Shown: positions 8,826 through 16,842 of the stretch, piece by piece
Numbering within the stretch: position 1 is the stretch's first letter
Layout: every line of letters begins with the position of its first letter
NCBI GenBank assembly: GCA_020348985.1
Contig: CP070761.1
Span: forward strand, 56,449-97,922
Origin: Candidatus Thorarchaeota archaeon
GTDB taxonomy: Archaea > Asgardarchaeota > Thorarchaeia > Thorarchaeales > Thorarchaeaceae
Direction of reading: 5' to 3'
Length of the DNA: 41,474 bases
The notes under the pieces: model-generated
What the model was told of the DNA's origin: nothing
The model's input: the letters and a program-made list of their open reading frames with translations, nothing else
The model's database searches: none
Made by a program: the position numbers and the translations under genes

Positions 8826-10178
8826 CTATTTGAACACTGCTTCCTCTATTATCTCGCTCACGGACTTTTTCCATGTCTCAAGACCAGATGGTCTCAACGG
8901 ATAAGAGGAGTAGAGTCTGTCGATACTCTTCATCAGACTGGAAGCTTTCTGAATCTTTCTTAGAAGGCCTATCCGACCGGCTCCTCTCCTCAAACGCCTA
9001 GCTTTCTCGAAAGCCCCCATTGAGAATCCGTCACCTCTATTGGCAGCCATTAGGTCTCCGGCTTCTAAGACTCTTCTCTCGAAACCATAGTTCATATCAT
9101 CGTCATCAACATCAACAAGGAGTCGTTTGAAGATTTCAAGTGAGGCTAGCCGTCGACCAAATCCAGCAAGGTATCTAGTATTGTATGACCAAAGTCCCTT
9201 GGCAGAGGTGTCTCTTCTTGCGATGGCTCCATTGGCGACTTCGCCAAGGATTATCCCTGCTCTCATTCCTGCACCCAAACCGCCTCCATGAATCGGGTTT
9301 GTCATGCATGCAGAGTCGCCAACGAATGCAATCCCGTCTGATACTAGACTCCAAATCGGGCGTCTTACGGGAACCGCACCACCCTTGCCATCAATCAGCG
9401 TACTGCCGAAGAGAAGTGCATATCTCTCTTTGAACTTCAAGAAGTGTGACTTTGGGGAGCCACGCCCTTTACCACCCGTAACTCCGACTCCTGCATTTAC
9501 TTCTTGGTCGCCCTTTGGGAATATCCAGGCATAACCGTTGGGAGCATATTCACCTTGCAGAAAGACTCTTGCAACATTTGGTTCGGCAAGTGGAATCTTC
9601 AGGCGGAGTATTTCTCTATAGCATAATGCAATATCCTCTTTGCTAATCTCCTTTTCAACTAGAGGACTATCAATCTTGTTTCTCAGAACTCCCGCAAATC
9701 CGCTTGCATCCACAACAAGCTGGGCATTGACAGTCTTGGTCTCGCCCGAATTGGGATCCTTGTACGCGACTCCCACTACCTGATCTCCACGGAATATAGG
9801 TTCGCTGACATGAGCTTCTGATAGAAACTTAGCTCCACTTCTCCTGGCCTCATCAAGGAGCCGCTGACCGAACGCCTGTCTCTGAACCGTCCATCCATCG
9901 AACTCCTTCCACCCTCTTACACGAAGCTCATTTTTCATGTTCGGCGGAAAGACATCGGCACCCGCGATCTTCGTTGAGATTTCATCGTCTTTCGGGTAGT
10001 CAATCCCTGTATCATCAAAGTGTGACTTGCTGATTTCGTCGCCACAGACCTTGAGACCAATACTCTCCTCTCTTTTCCTATCCATGAGAAGTGTTCTGAG
10101 ACCCATCTCGGCGCATCGTCGAGCAGTCACGCTGCCTGCAGATCCTGCTCCTACAATCACAACGTCGACTTTTCTCAA
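8826..10178 (-). CDS. Geranylgeranyl reductase family FAD-dependent oxidoreductase (digeranylgeranylglycerophospholipid reductase-like)
   Basis: GAGSAG FAD-binding motif, KVCG, VVDASG, YAWIFPK, VGDSA..TNPIHGGG. Confidence 0.9.
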   Translation of the reverse strand: MRKVDVVIVGAGSAGSVTARRCAEMGLRTLLMDRKREESIGLKVCGDEISKSHFDDTGIDYPKDDEISTKIAGADVFPPNMKNELRVRGWKEFDGWTVQRQAFGQRLLDEARRSGAKFLSEAHVSEPIFRGDQVVGVAYKDPNSGETKTVNAQLVVDASGFAGVLRNKIDSPLVEKEISKEDIALCYREILRLKIPLAEPNVARVFLQGEYAPNGYAWIFPKGDQEVNAGVGVTGGKGRGSPKSHFLKFKERYALLFGSTLIDGKGGAVPVRRPIWSLVSDGIAFVGDSACMTNPIHGGGLGAGMRAGIILGEVANGAIARRDTSAKGLWSYNTRYLAGFGRRLASLEIFKRLLVDVDDDDMNYGFERRVLEAGDLMAANRGDGFSMGAFEKARRLRRGAGRIGLLRKIQKASSLMKSIDRLYSSYPLRPSGLETWKKSVSEIIEEAVFK

Positions 10179-10258
10179 GGTCTATCGTGGTTTCAGAATC
10201 TGAATCAGATATAAATCCGGTGCAACAATCGCGCGCTGGCCGAGCAACTGAAAGGAGT

Positions 10259-10795
10259 CTAGCGATGTTTGAACTCCACGATGACAATGGATGCAATTAT
10301 CATTGCTACGATGATTCCCAATATCGGAGGCATCCAGTTCAGGAATATTCCGAAGTACGTCAGGATTACAGACGGATCTAGTACGATTGTGACCAGATGG
10401 GCGAAAATCAAAAGGAACCCATAGACTGCAAAGATCGGATAGAGGATGGGGCCTCCAGTTATGGTCAGTAGGAGTATGAATACAGCCAGCTTGTGCTTTG
10501 TTGGATCTAGAAGTGGGATTGATATGGACTCATCATCACCCAACTGGAAATAGTAGGCAATAAGCAAGGTGGGCATTCGTATTCTAATCAGTTCGAGGAC
10601 TTGGACTCCTAGCTGCACTGATAGAAGAAGGAAAGCGTTAGTCAGCATGTAGGCAAGGACCAATGCATTCAGGATTGGAAGATTCTCGTCGAAGAGCTGA
10701 ATGCTCTCAATGACGCCCACTAGAACGCAGAAGTTCAGAAAGAAGAGTGCCAGGTGACCAACTGCTCCAGTAATTAGACGTCTACTCTGCACCAT
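10259..10795 (-). CDS. Hypothetical integral membrane protein (about 4 TM)
   Basis: 178 aa dominated by hydrophobic helices. It sits in a run with the GTPase and reductase genes. Confidence 0.75.
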   Translation of the reverse strand: MVQSRRLITGAVGHLALFFLNFCVLVGVIESIQLFDENLPILNALVLAYMLTNAFLLLSVQLGVQVLELIRIRMPTLLIAYYFQLGDDESISIPLLDPTKHKLAVFILLLTITGGPILYPIFAVYGFLLIFAHLVTIVLDPSVILTYFGIFLNWMPPILGIIVAMIIASIVIVEFKHR

Positions 10796-10815
10796 CGGTA
10801 CTCGCTCGTCGTCTT

Positions 10816-11412
10816 CTACGGGGTTCTAAATGAAGGCATAGACTCTCCCTCAGGGAGGGTTGCCAATGGACCCATAGACTTGTGTCGCTGTATTGCGCGT
10901 GTTATGAGCTGATTGAATAGATGATTAACGTTTTCCCCCGTCTTCGCAGAGGACTCAAAGTAGAGCACGTCAAGCCAATTCTGAATCATTGCACCAGCTT
11001 CTGCAGGAACCAGACGATCTGGTCTGTCAATCTTGTTGGCTACAACGGCAACCACCGCATTTGGACAGACAGTCACAAACTTTGTGTACCACTCACCGAT
11101 GTCCAGGAAAGTCTGTGGCCTAGTCACATCAAATACTATTATGGCCATGCTCGCACCAGCCATGTATCTTCGCCTGAGCTCATTGTAGGTTGGCTGGCCA
11201 GCCAGATCCCATAACACAATCCTGGCCGAAACATCTGAGCCATCGGGCAGTCGAATCTCTTGATTCTTCAGAGCGAATGTTGTGCCAATTGTCATGATAT
11301 AGTCTTCGCTGAAACTGTCCTCGGTAAAACGCCGTATGCAACTGGTCTTGCCTACTGCTCCATCTCCGAGAGCAACCAGCTTGAACATGTGGCTTATCTG
11401 TTCTGAGGACAC
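10816..11412 (-). CDS. Ras-superfamily (Rab-like) small GTPase
   Basis: G1 GDGAVGKT, G2 TIG, G3 WDLAGQ, G4 NKID, G5 SSAK. No C-terminal Cys prenylation motif. Confidence 0.95.
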   Translation of the reverse strand: MSSEQISHMFKLVALGDGAVGKTSCIRRFTEDSFSEDYIMTIGTTFALKNQEIRLPDGSDVSARIVLWDLAGQPTYNELRRRYMAGASMAIIVFDVTRPQTFLDIGEWYTKFVTVCPNAVVAVVANKIDRPDRLVPAEAGAMIQNWLDVLYFESSAKTGENVNHLFNQLITRAIQRHKSMGPLATLPEGESMPSFRTP

Positions 11413-11460
11413 TCACACTACATCCTGACGTGCACTGATAAGGTGAATTGCGCGCAGCGA

Positions 11461-11494
11461 GCATTTAATGGTTCTTGGCATTTAATGATTCTGG
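11461..11494. repeat. 17-bp imperfect tandem repeat (x2) in a divergent promoter region
   Basis: GCATTTAATGGTTCTTG / GCATTTAATGATTCTGG (15/17 identical). Each copy contains the palindrome CATT-T-AATG. Confidence 0.7.
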
Positions 11495-11602
11495 GAAAAC
11501 CGAGCCATGGTTGAATAATGGCTGAGGGACTCATAAGACAAACCCTTTTCTTGACTTTTTTTCATGGGTTCACTCGAGCCACGGATTAAGAGGTGGATTG
11601 GG

Positions 11603-12337
11603 ATGGCAGAAGAATTCCTGGGCAGACTCACAAAACTCGAAGAACGGCTGGAAAAACTGGATGAATCCCTAAAACGAATGATCACAGTCCTGGGCGAGGT
11701 TACCGAGGTCAAATCTGAGATACGGGTGGCAAAGGACGAAATTATTGAAGCATTAAAGAGTCAGGCCCCTGCAGAGCCGACGACTCCAGCAACCGAGGAG
11801 CTGTTGCAGGCAATCAAGACAGAGATACAGGGCATCCAGGCGGGAGGCGCCTCAGATGAAGCCCTCCAAGCACTCAGTGCCAGATTCGAGGAGTTCAGCA
11901 CACAGGTCACGCAGATGTTTGAAGCAGTAAGAGTAGACCTAACTGCGGCCATGGCAGTGGCACCGCAACCTGCTGCTCCAGTCTCAGCTCCAGCGCCAGC
12001 ACCAACGGAAGCACCTGCGGCAGCGGCTGAAGAACCAGTTGCTGGGTCTCCAGCAGCCGGTCTCTCGTTAGACGTAATGATGAGAATCGCTGAACACCTT
12101 GACGGCATGATTGAGTCGCTCAAGATGGGATGTAAAGCTGGACCAGTTCTTGATATGATGACAGAGTCCAGAGAAGAAATCCTGAAGATTGTACCCAGTG
12201 ATCAGATTACTATTCGGATTGACAAGTGGATTGGTGTGGTAGGCGCATATCCCAAACGTAATGAGCTGCAGGCAAAGGACATTCTGAAACTTAAGAAGGA
12301 AATCAAAGCAGAAATCCCTAAGTATCGTCCTGCCTAG
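11603..12337 (+). CDS. Coiled-coil protein with Ala/Pro linker and C-terminal four-helix domain (Vps28 C-terminal domain-like)
   Basis: Heptad-like N-terminus (LTKLEERLEKLDESLKRM), an AP-rich linker and a helical ~85-aa C-terminal domain. The Vps28 resemblance is by eye. ATG 11603 is preferred over 11564. Confidence 0.6.
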   Translation: MAEEFLGRLTKLEERLEKLDESLKRMITVLGEVTEVKSEIRVAKDEIIEALKSQAPAEPTTPATEELLQAIKTEIQGIQAGGASDEALQALSARFEEFSTQVTQMFEAVRVDLTAAMAVAPQPAAPVSAPAPAPTEAPAAAAEEPVAGSPAAGLSLDVMMRIAEHLDGMIESLKMGCKAGPVLDMMTESREEILKIVPSDQITIRIDKWIGVVGAYPKRNELQAKDILKLKKEIKAEIPKYRPA

Positions 12338-12744
12338 TCTTCGTCATCTGGAACTCCAGCGGCGATTACCTTCATTCTAGCCAGAATCCGAATAACATCA
12401 GCAGCAGTTACTATTCCGATTATGTCGTGACCTTCTATGACTGGAAGGTATTTCTTGCCTGTCGAGTCCATGACAGAAACAGCCTGGCCAAGGTCAGCGT
12501 CTGGTGAAATCGTCACAACTGGACTTGCCATGATGTCTTCCAAGGTGAGAGTACTGTAGACCTCGTCCGAGAGAAGTCTGGCGCAAATGATGTCCCTTTG
12601 TGTGACAATGCCTTCCAACACTTCACCACGAGTCACAATCAGACTTCCTATATCCTCAGCCGCCATCAGCTTTATAGCTTCTGAAACGGGCGTTTCAATC
12701 TCGGCCGTTATGATGACAGAAGTCATGAAGTCCCTGACCCTCAT
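12334..12744 (-). CDS. CBS-domain pair protein
   Basis: Two CBS repeats: VRDFMT..VIT...IGSLIV...GIVTQRDI and LEDIM.SPVVTISPD...LPVI...IGIVTAADV. Confidence 0.92.
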   Translation of the reverse strand: MRVRDFMTSVIITAEIETPVSEAIKLMAAEDIGSLIVTRGEVLEGIVTQRDIICARLLSDEVYSTLTLEDIMASPVVTISPDADLGQAVSVMDSTGKKYLPVIEGHDIIGIVTAADVIRILARMKVIAAGVPDDED

Positions 12745-12776
12745 GGAATCAGTTCTCCCACTCGAGCGGCGCCGCG

Positions 12777-13367
12777 CTACATTGTCGGCCCGCGCCCTTC
12801 CTCCTTCACCTTATCCATTATCATGTGTGCTAGTCGGATAAAGGCTTTCTCTACTTCAACACCCGTTTTTGCAGAAGTCTCGAAGTACTCTGCTTGGAAC
12901 CAGTCTCTGAGCATGTAACCAGGCTCATTTGGAACCATTCTTTGGTCTTCTAAGTCTACCTTGTTGGCGCAAATCACCACAGCTGCGTCTGGACACACCT
13001 CTCTGAAACTTGAGAACCAGGTATTCATTGCCATGTAGGTCTCAGGTCGAGTCACGTCATAGGCAATAATGGCACCCGACGCACCCTTCATGAACTGGCG
13101 ACGAAGTTCTCTGTAGGTGGCTTGCCCGCCCATATCCCAGAGAACCAAACGAACCTTCCTCGAGTGTCCACCCTCATACTCAAGTTCAACATCCTTGGAT
13201 GCAAAGGTTGTGCCAATGGTGGCCTTGTACTCCTCATCAAATGCGTTCTCGGTATACCGTCGAAGTAACGAGGTCTTGCCAACGGCAGCCTCTCCAAGCG
13301 CCACAACGCGGAATTTGAATCCATCAAAGACGTCAGTTTCATTGGGTTGGTTCCGGGCACCACTCAT
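12777..13367 (-). CDS. Ras-superfamily (Rab-like) small GTPase
   Basis: G1 GEAAVGKT, G2 TIG, G3 WDMGGQ, G4 NKVD, G5 TSAK. No C-terminal Cys motif. Confidence 0.95.
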   Translation of the reverse strand: MSGARNQPNETDVFDGFKFRVVALGEAAVGKTSLLRRYTENAFDEEYKATIGTTFASKDVELEYEGGHSRKVRLVLWDMGGQATYRELRRQFMKGASGAIIAYDVTRPETYMAMNTWFSSFREVCPDAAVVICANKVDLEDQRMVPNEPGYMLRDWFQAEYFETSAKTGVEVEKAFIRLAHMIMDKVKEEGRGPTM

Positions 13368-13392
13368 GTGACAATCACCAATGGGTTGTAAG

Positions 13393-13434
13393 CAAGAAGG
13401 GTCTTTTAGTCCATCTTCTTGACCGTTCTTATAA
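13393..13434 (-). promoter_or_regulatory. TATA-like box and inverted repeat upstream of the second GTPase
   Basis: TTATAA at 13429-13434 and the 7-bp inverted repeat CAAGAAG (13393-13399) / CTTCTTG (13415-13421). Confidence 0.35.
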
Positions 13435-13485
13435 CTCTTCTCAGCCTGGCCCTCACTCGCTCAAGTGCAACTGGTTTGAATTGGG

Positions 13486-15153
13486 CTACCACTCGCCACT
13501 CAGCGGCAAGTCCAGTTCGAAAGCGACCACGGGCTTTATGAGTCCGAAATTGACCAGCACCTCAGGTGCAATCTCTCCAAAGTAGCCCAAGGATTCACCA
13601 CCTATTTCGATGGTCCCGCATCGTCCTTCAATGAATGATGAGTCTATTCTTTGCACGAAGTTGAACTTCCCTTCCAAACCGAGATTCCTCAATGCGAATC
13701 CAATTTCAGTCATCAGATGTGTTAGATTGACATTGTTGTCAGTCACGAGTCCGCAGAGCGTGGGTACCTGTCGTGATCGAGTTTCCGATTCTTCGTCAGG
13801 GACCACAACGTACCCAACTTCGAAGATCTTCTGGGGATAGTCTGCATGCTGGTTTCTCGAAATGAGATCCATGAGATTCGGAAGTAGGGAATTCCTCAGA
13901 ACCGAGTAATCTCTGCTTTTCGGATTTGATGTAACCACCGTAGGATTATCACGATTCATTCTCGGATTGAGTGTATCAGGCGAGGTCATGATATAGGACA
14001 TGATTTCTTGGTAACCAATTCCCACCATCAAGTCTCTTGACTTCTCCATTATACGTGTGATGGGGAGAAGCTTTCCTGTCGTCATTGTCTGCGGTATAGA
14101 TGGTTCAATATTGTTGAATCCGTAGCCGATTGCAACATCCTCAATGATATCTACCCCATGGAGAATATCGGCCCGATAGGATGGAACAGAAACAGCTACT
14201 TTGCCGCTCTTCGAAATCCTCGCTCCATATCCCATTTTCTCGAGGGAATCAATGATCTCTTTGTCTTTCAGGTCCAGTCCAGTTAGCTCGGCAATCTCAG
14301 CTTTAGTTAGTGTCGTCTTCCAAGGCGCAAGATTGGGAGTCTCATCTACAGTCCCATCTGGATATCGAACAATCACTGACTCGATTGTCCCACCTCTTTG
14401 TGCAAGTGAGGCAACCATGATGTTGAGAGCTTGACTTATCGTTGGGAGGTGAGTGCCAGTAACCTCAACAAAGATGTCACGAGTCTCAGTACTGACTTGT
14501 CCAAGGGTATTGCTATTGATAACCGGAGGTAGACTCAGAACCTCCCCTCTGGAGTCGACCAGCATAGGCCACTTCTTTTGATGTGCAATGATCGGACCAT
14601 AGATTACACCTTTCTCATGTTCTCGGAGAATTGTTGGCCCATCCATTTCTATCTCATGACCCAGAGGCGCGAATCTTATCGATTCAGGCTTCATCGGCCG
14701 ATAAACAACTGGGTACTTGATTTCGTCGTGAACATAGAGACCAATGCTTGCTTTCTTTCTGTTCCTGCCATGTGTCGAAGTGAGAGCTTCTTGAAGATGC
14801 ATGTAGTCCTTGATGAGTTCATCACTAGTCGTGATTCCACGAACTATCCCACCAACAATGTACTTCCGAATCTTCGAGAGGCCAGGTTTGACTATCACCT
14901 CATGGCCTGACTTCCTGACTTTGTACGCTTTGAGTCCCAATTCGATACTGAGAAACGATCTGATTGCTCTTGCAATTCCTTCTGGAGAGAGCATATCTGG
15001 GCGATCTGGTTTGATATCTATCTCAATGATGTTGCCTTCAATACGCTCGATTTCGGCTTTGATCAGAAACAGGGTCTCTTCCAGTTCTTCAATCGACATC
15101 TTCTTTCCAATCATGACTAGTAAATCGTCAAGTTCGCATTCCACAATCATCAT
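13486..15153 (-). CDS. pheT: Phenylalanine--tRNA ligase beta subunit (archaeal/eukaryotic type)
   Basis: DRPDMLSPEGIAR, RNRKKASIG, LSLPPVINS, YRADILHGVDIIEDVAIGYG, LRNSLLP, KIFEVG. Directly follows pheS, with a GGAGG RBS. Confidence 0.97.
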   Translation of the reverse strand: MMIVECELDDLLVMIGKKMSIEELEETLFLIKAEIERIEGNIIEIDIKPDRPDMLSPEGIARAIRSFLSIELGLKAYKVRKSGHEVIVKPGLSKIRKYIVGGIVRGITTSDELIKDYMHLQEALTSTHGRNRKKASIGLYVHDEIKYPVVYRPMKPESIRFAPLGHEIEMDGPTILREHEKGVIYGPIIAHQKKWPMLVDSRGEVLSLPPVINSNTLGQVSTETRDIFVEVTGTHLPTISQALNIMVASLAQRGGTIESVIVRYPDGTVDETPNLAPWKTTLTKAEIAELTGLDLKDKEIIDSLEKMGYGARISKSGKVAVSVPSYRADILHGVDIIEDVAIGYGFNNIEPSIPQTMTTGKLLPITRIMEKSRDLMVGIGYQEIMSYIMTSPDTLNPRMNRDNPTVVTSNPKSRDYSVLRNSLLPNLMDLISRNQHADYPQKIFEVGYVVVPDEESETRSRQVPTLCGLVTDNNVNLTHLMTEIGFALRNLGLEGKFNFVQRIDSSFIEGRCGTIEIGGESLGYFGEIAPEVLVNFGLIKPVVAFELDLPLSGEW

Positions 15154-15161
15154 GATTCCTC

Positions 15162-16670
15162 CTATGTGATGAAGTATCTCCTTCTTAGCCAGTTGAGGTC
15201 TCGAGAAAACAAGTCCCGGATGTCTTCGATCCCCATAGATGCCATGTAGAGTCTACCGGATCCGATGCCCCACGCGAGAACAGGATCCTTAATGCCAAGT
15301 GGGTATGTGACCTCTGGTCTGAAGATGCCAGACCCTCCTAGTTCGATCCATCCGAGTTGCTCGTGCTTTCCGATTGTCTCCACACTCGGCTCTGTGAATG
15401 GAAACTGATCAGGTTTGAACTTGAGCTTATTGATGCCAACACCTTTGCATATCGCCGTCAAATAACCTAGCAAGTCTCTAAGCGTCAGGCCTTTGTCCAT
15501 GATTATTCCTTCACATTGATTGAACTCCTGAGCGTGTGTTGCGTCGAGTGTTTCCGACCTGAAGTTGCGGTCTATGATGAACATCTTCTGAGGGCTCTCT
15601 CGGTGCTCCCACAAGTACCTCATAGAAACAGGTGTGGTGTGAGGACGAAGACAAAGTCTTGTAGCAACTTCTCTACTGAATGGCCATTCCCACCCTTTCG
15701 ATCCAGTGTCTCCGCCGTCTTCGTGAACGGCCTTGGTTGCCTTGTAATGAGTCTCATCCAAAATCTCGCCGTGGCTGTAGGGTGCTCCGACTCTGAATTG
15801 GTCTTGGATTTCCCTTGAAACGTGGTCCTGAGGAACGAAGAGCGAGTCATGTGCCCAAAACTCGGTTTCCACATACGGTCCGAACCATTCTGTGAACCCG
15901 AGTCCGACCATGATTTCTCTCAACCAATCATTGAATTCAGCATATGGGTGCTTTTTCCCATAATTCACAAAGGCGGGCTCAATCGACACGTTGTAGGGTC
16001 GAAATCGTACGTCTTTCCATGAACCACTGATCAGCATCTCTGAAGTCAGATCCAAAGCACCATCAGCTGTGGTTGAAAGGAGACTTCTCGCTTCCTCTAT
16101 CTTGCCCTCTGCCAATTCAACGTGAACTGCCTTGCTAGTCAGGGCTGTGACATGTTTCCTCTCAAGTGCTTCTTCCATAGCAACTCCAAGCTCTCGTGGT
16201 ACTGACTTCTCTCCATTCATGAGAACAACTAGGAGCTCTAGCAAAACCGAAGTTGCGGCACTTGCTTTCACGTTGAGGACAGTTGCACTGTCTTCTTTCG
16301 TGATTTCTAGCAATCCTTTCTTCTTGGCCCAATTGACTGCTATGCCCTTGGTTTTGGGAGACAGCCCTGCCTGCGTTATTGCTTCATCGAGTTCTGCTTT
16401 TCCTCCAAGCTTCTGAACAGCATCAAATAGCCGAAACTCTGGGAGACCAATTTCTGCATATTCCCTACCTTCCTCGGTCAGATTGTAGGTCTCAGTTTCT
16501 ATGACATCTAGCTTTACAAGGCCTCTTTCGGCAAGCGACTGAAGAATTGATACCACACGTTCAACCCCTTCGCCAAGATCAGTAGCTAGAGTTGTCGCAG
16601 GAACCTTCCTTTCGGTTCTAAGCAAACCTGCCAAGACAGCTGCTTCTCCTTCTGTCAACTGCTCAGTCAT
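15162..16670 (-). CDS. pheS: Phenylalanine--tRNA ligase alpha subunit (long archaeal/eukaryotic form)
   Basis: LTEEGREY..GLPE N-terminal domains, GKKHPY, LFVPQDH, LRPHTT, FRSETLDATH..EFNQ.EG, FPFTEPS, ELGGSGIFRPE, WGIG..RL. Confidence 0.97.
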   Translation of the reverse strand: MTEQLTEGEAAVLAGLLRTERKVPATTLATDLGEGVERVVSILQSLAERGLVKLDVIETETYNLTEEGREYAEIGLPEFRLFDAVQKLGGKAELDEAITQAGLSPKTKGIAVNWAKKKGLLEITKEDSATVLNVKASAATSVLLELLVVLMNGEKSVPRELGVAMEEALERKHVTALTSKAVHVELAEGKIEEARSLLSTTADGALDLTSEMLISGSWKDVRFRPYNVSIEPAFVNYGKKHPYAEFNDWLREIMVGLGFTEWFGPYVETEFWAHDSLFVPQDHVSREIQDQFRVGAPYSHGEILDETHYKATKAVHEDGGDTGSKGWEWPFSREVATRLCLRPHTTPVSMRYLWEHRESPQKMFIIDRNFRSETLDATHAQEFNQCEGIIMDKGLTLRDLLGYLTAICKGVGINKLKFKPDQFPFTEPSVETIGKHEQLGWIELGGSGIFRPEVTYPLGIKDPVLAWGIGSGRLYMASMGIEDIRDLFSRDLNWLRRRYFIT

Positions 16671-16842
16671 TGCTGTTCAAAACTCCTCCACAATTAGGCA
16701 GACGGCATATCCTGTAAAGCAAAATCCCTATGCGGGATAATGAAATTGGCACTGCATCCGTCCGTCACCTTGTTGACTTGTGGAACACTCTGCCCTTTTT
16801 GAAGCTTTCGTGACAACTTCTTCTCAGTAGCAGGTCAGTAGG

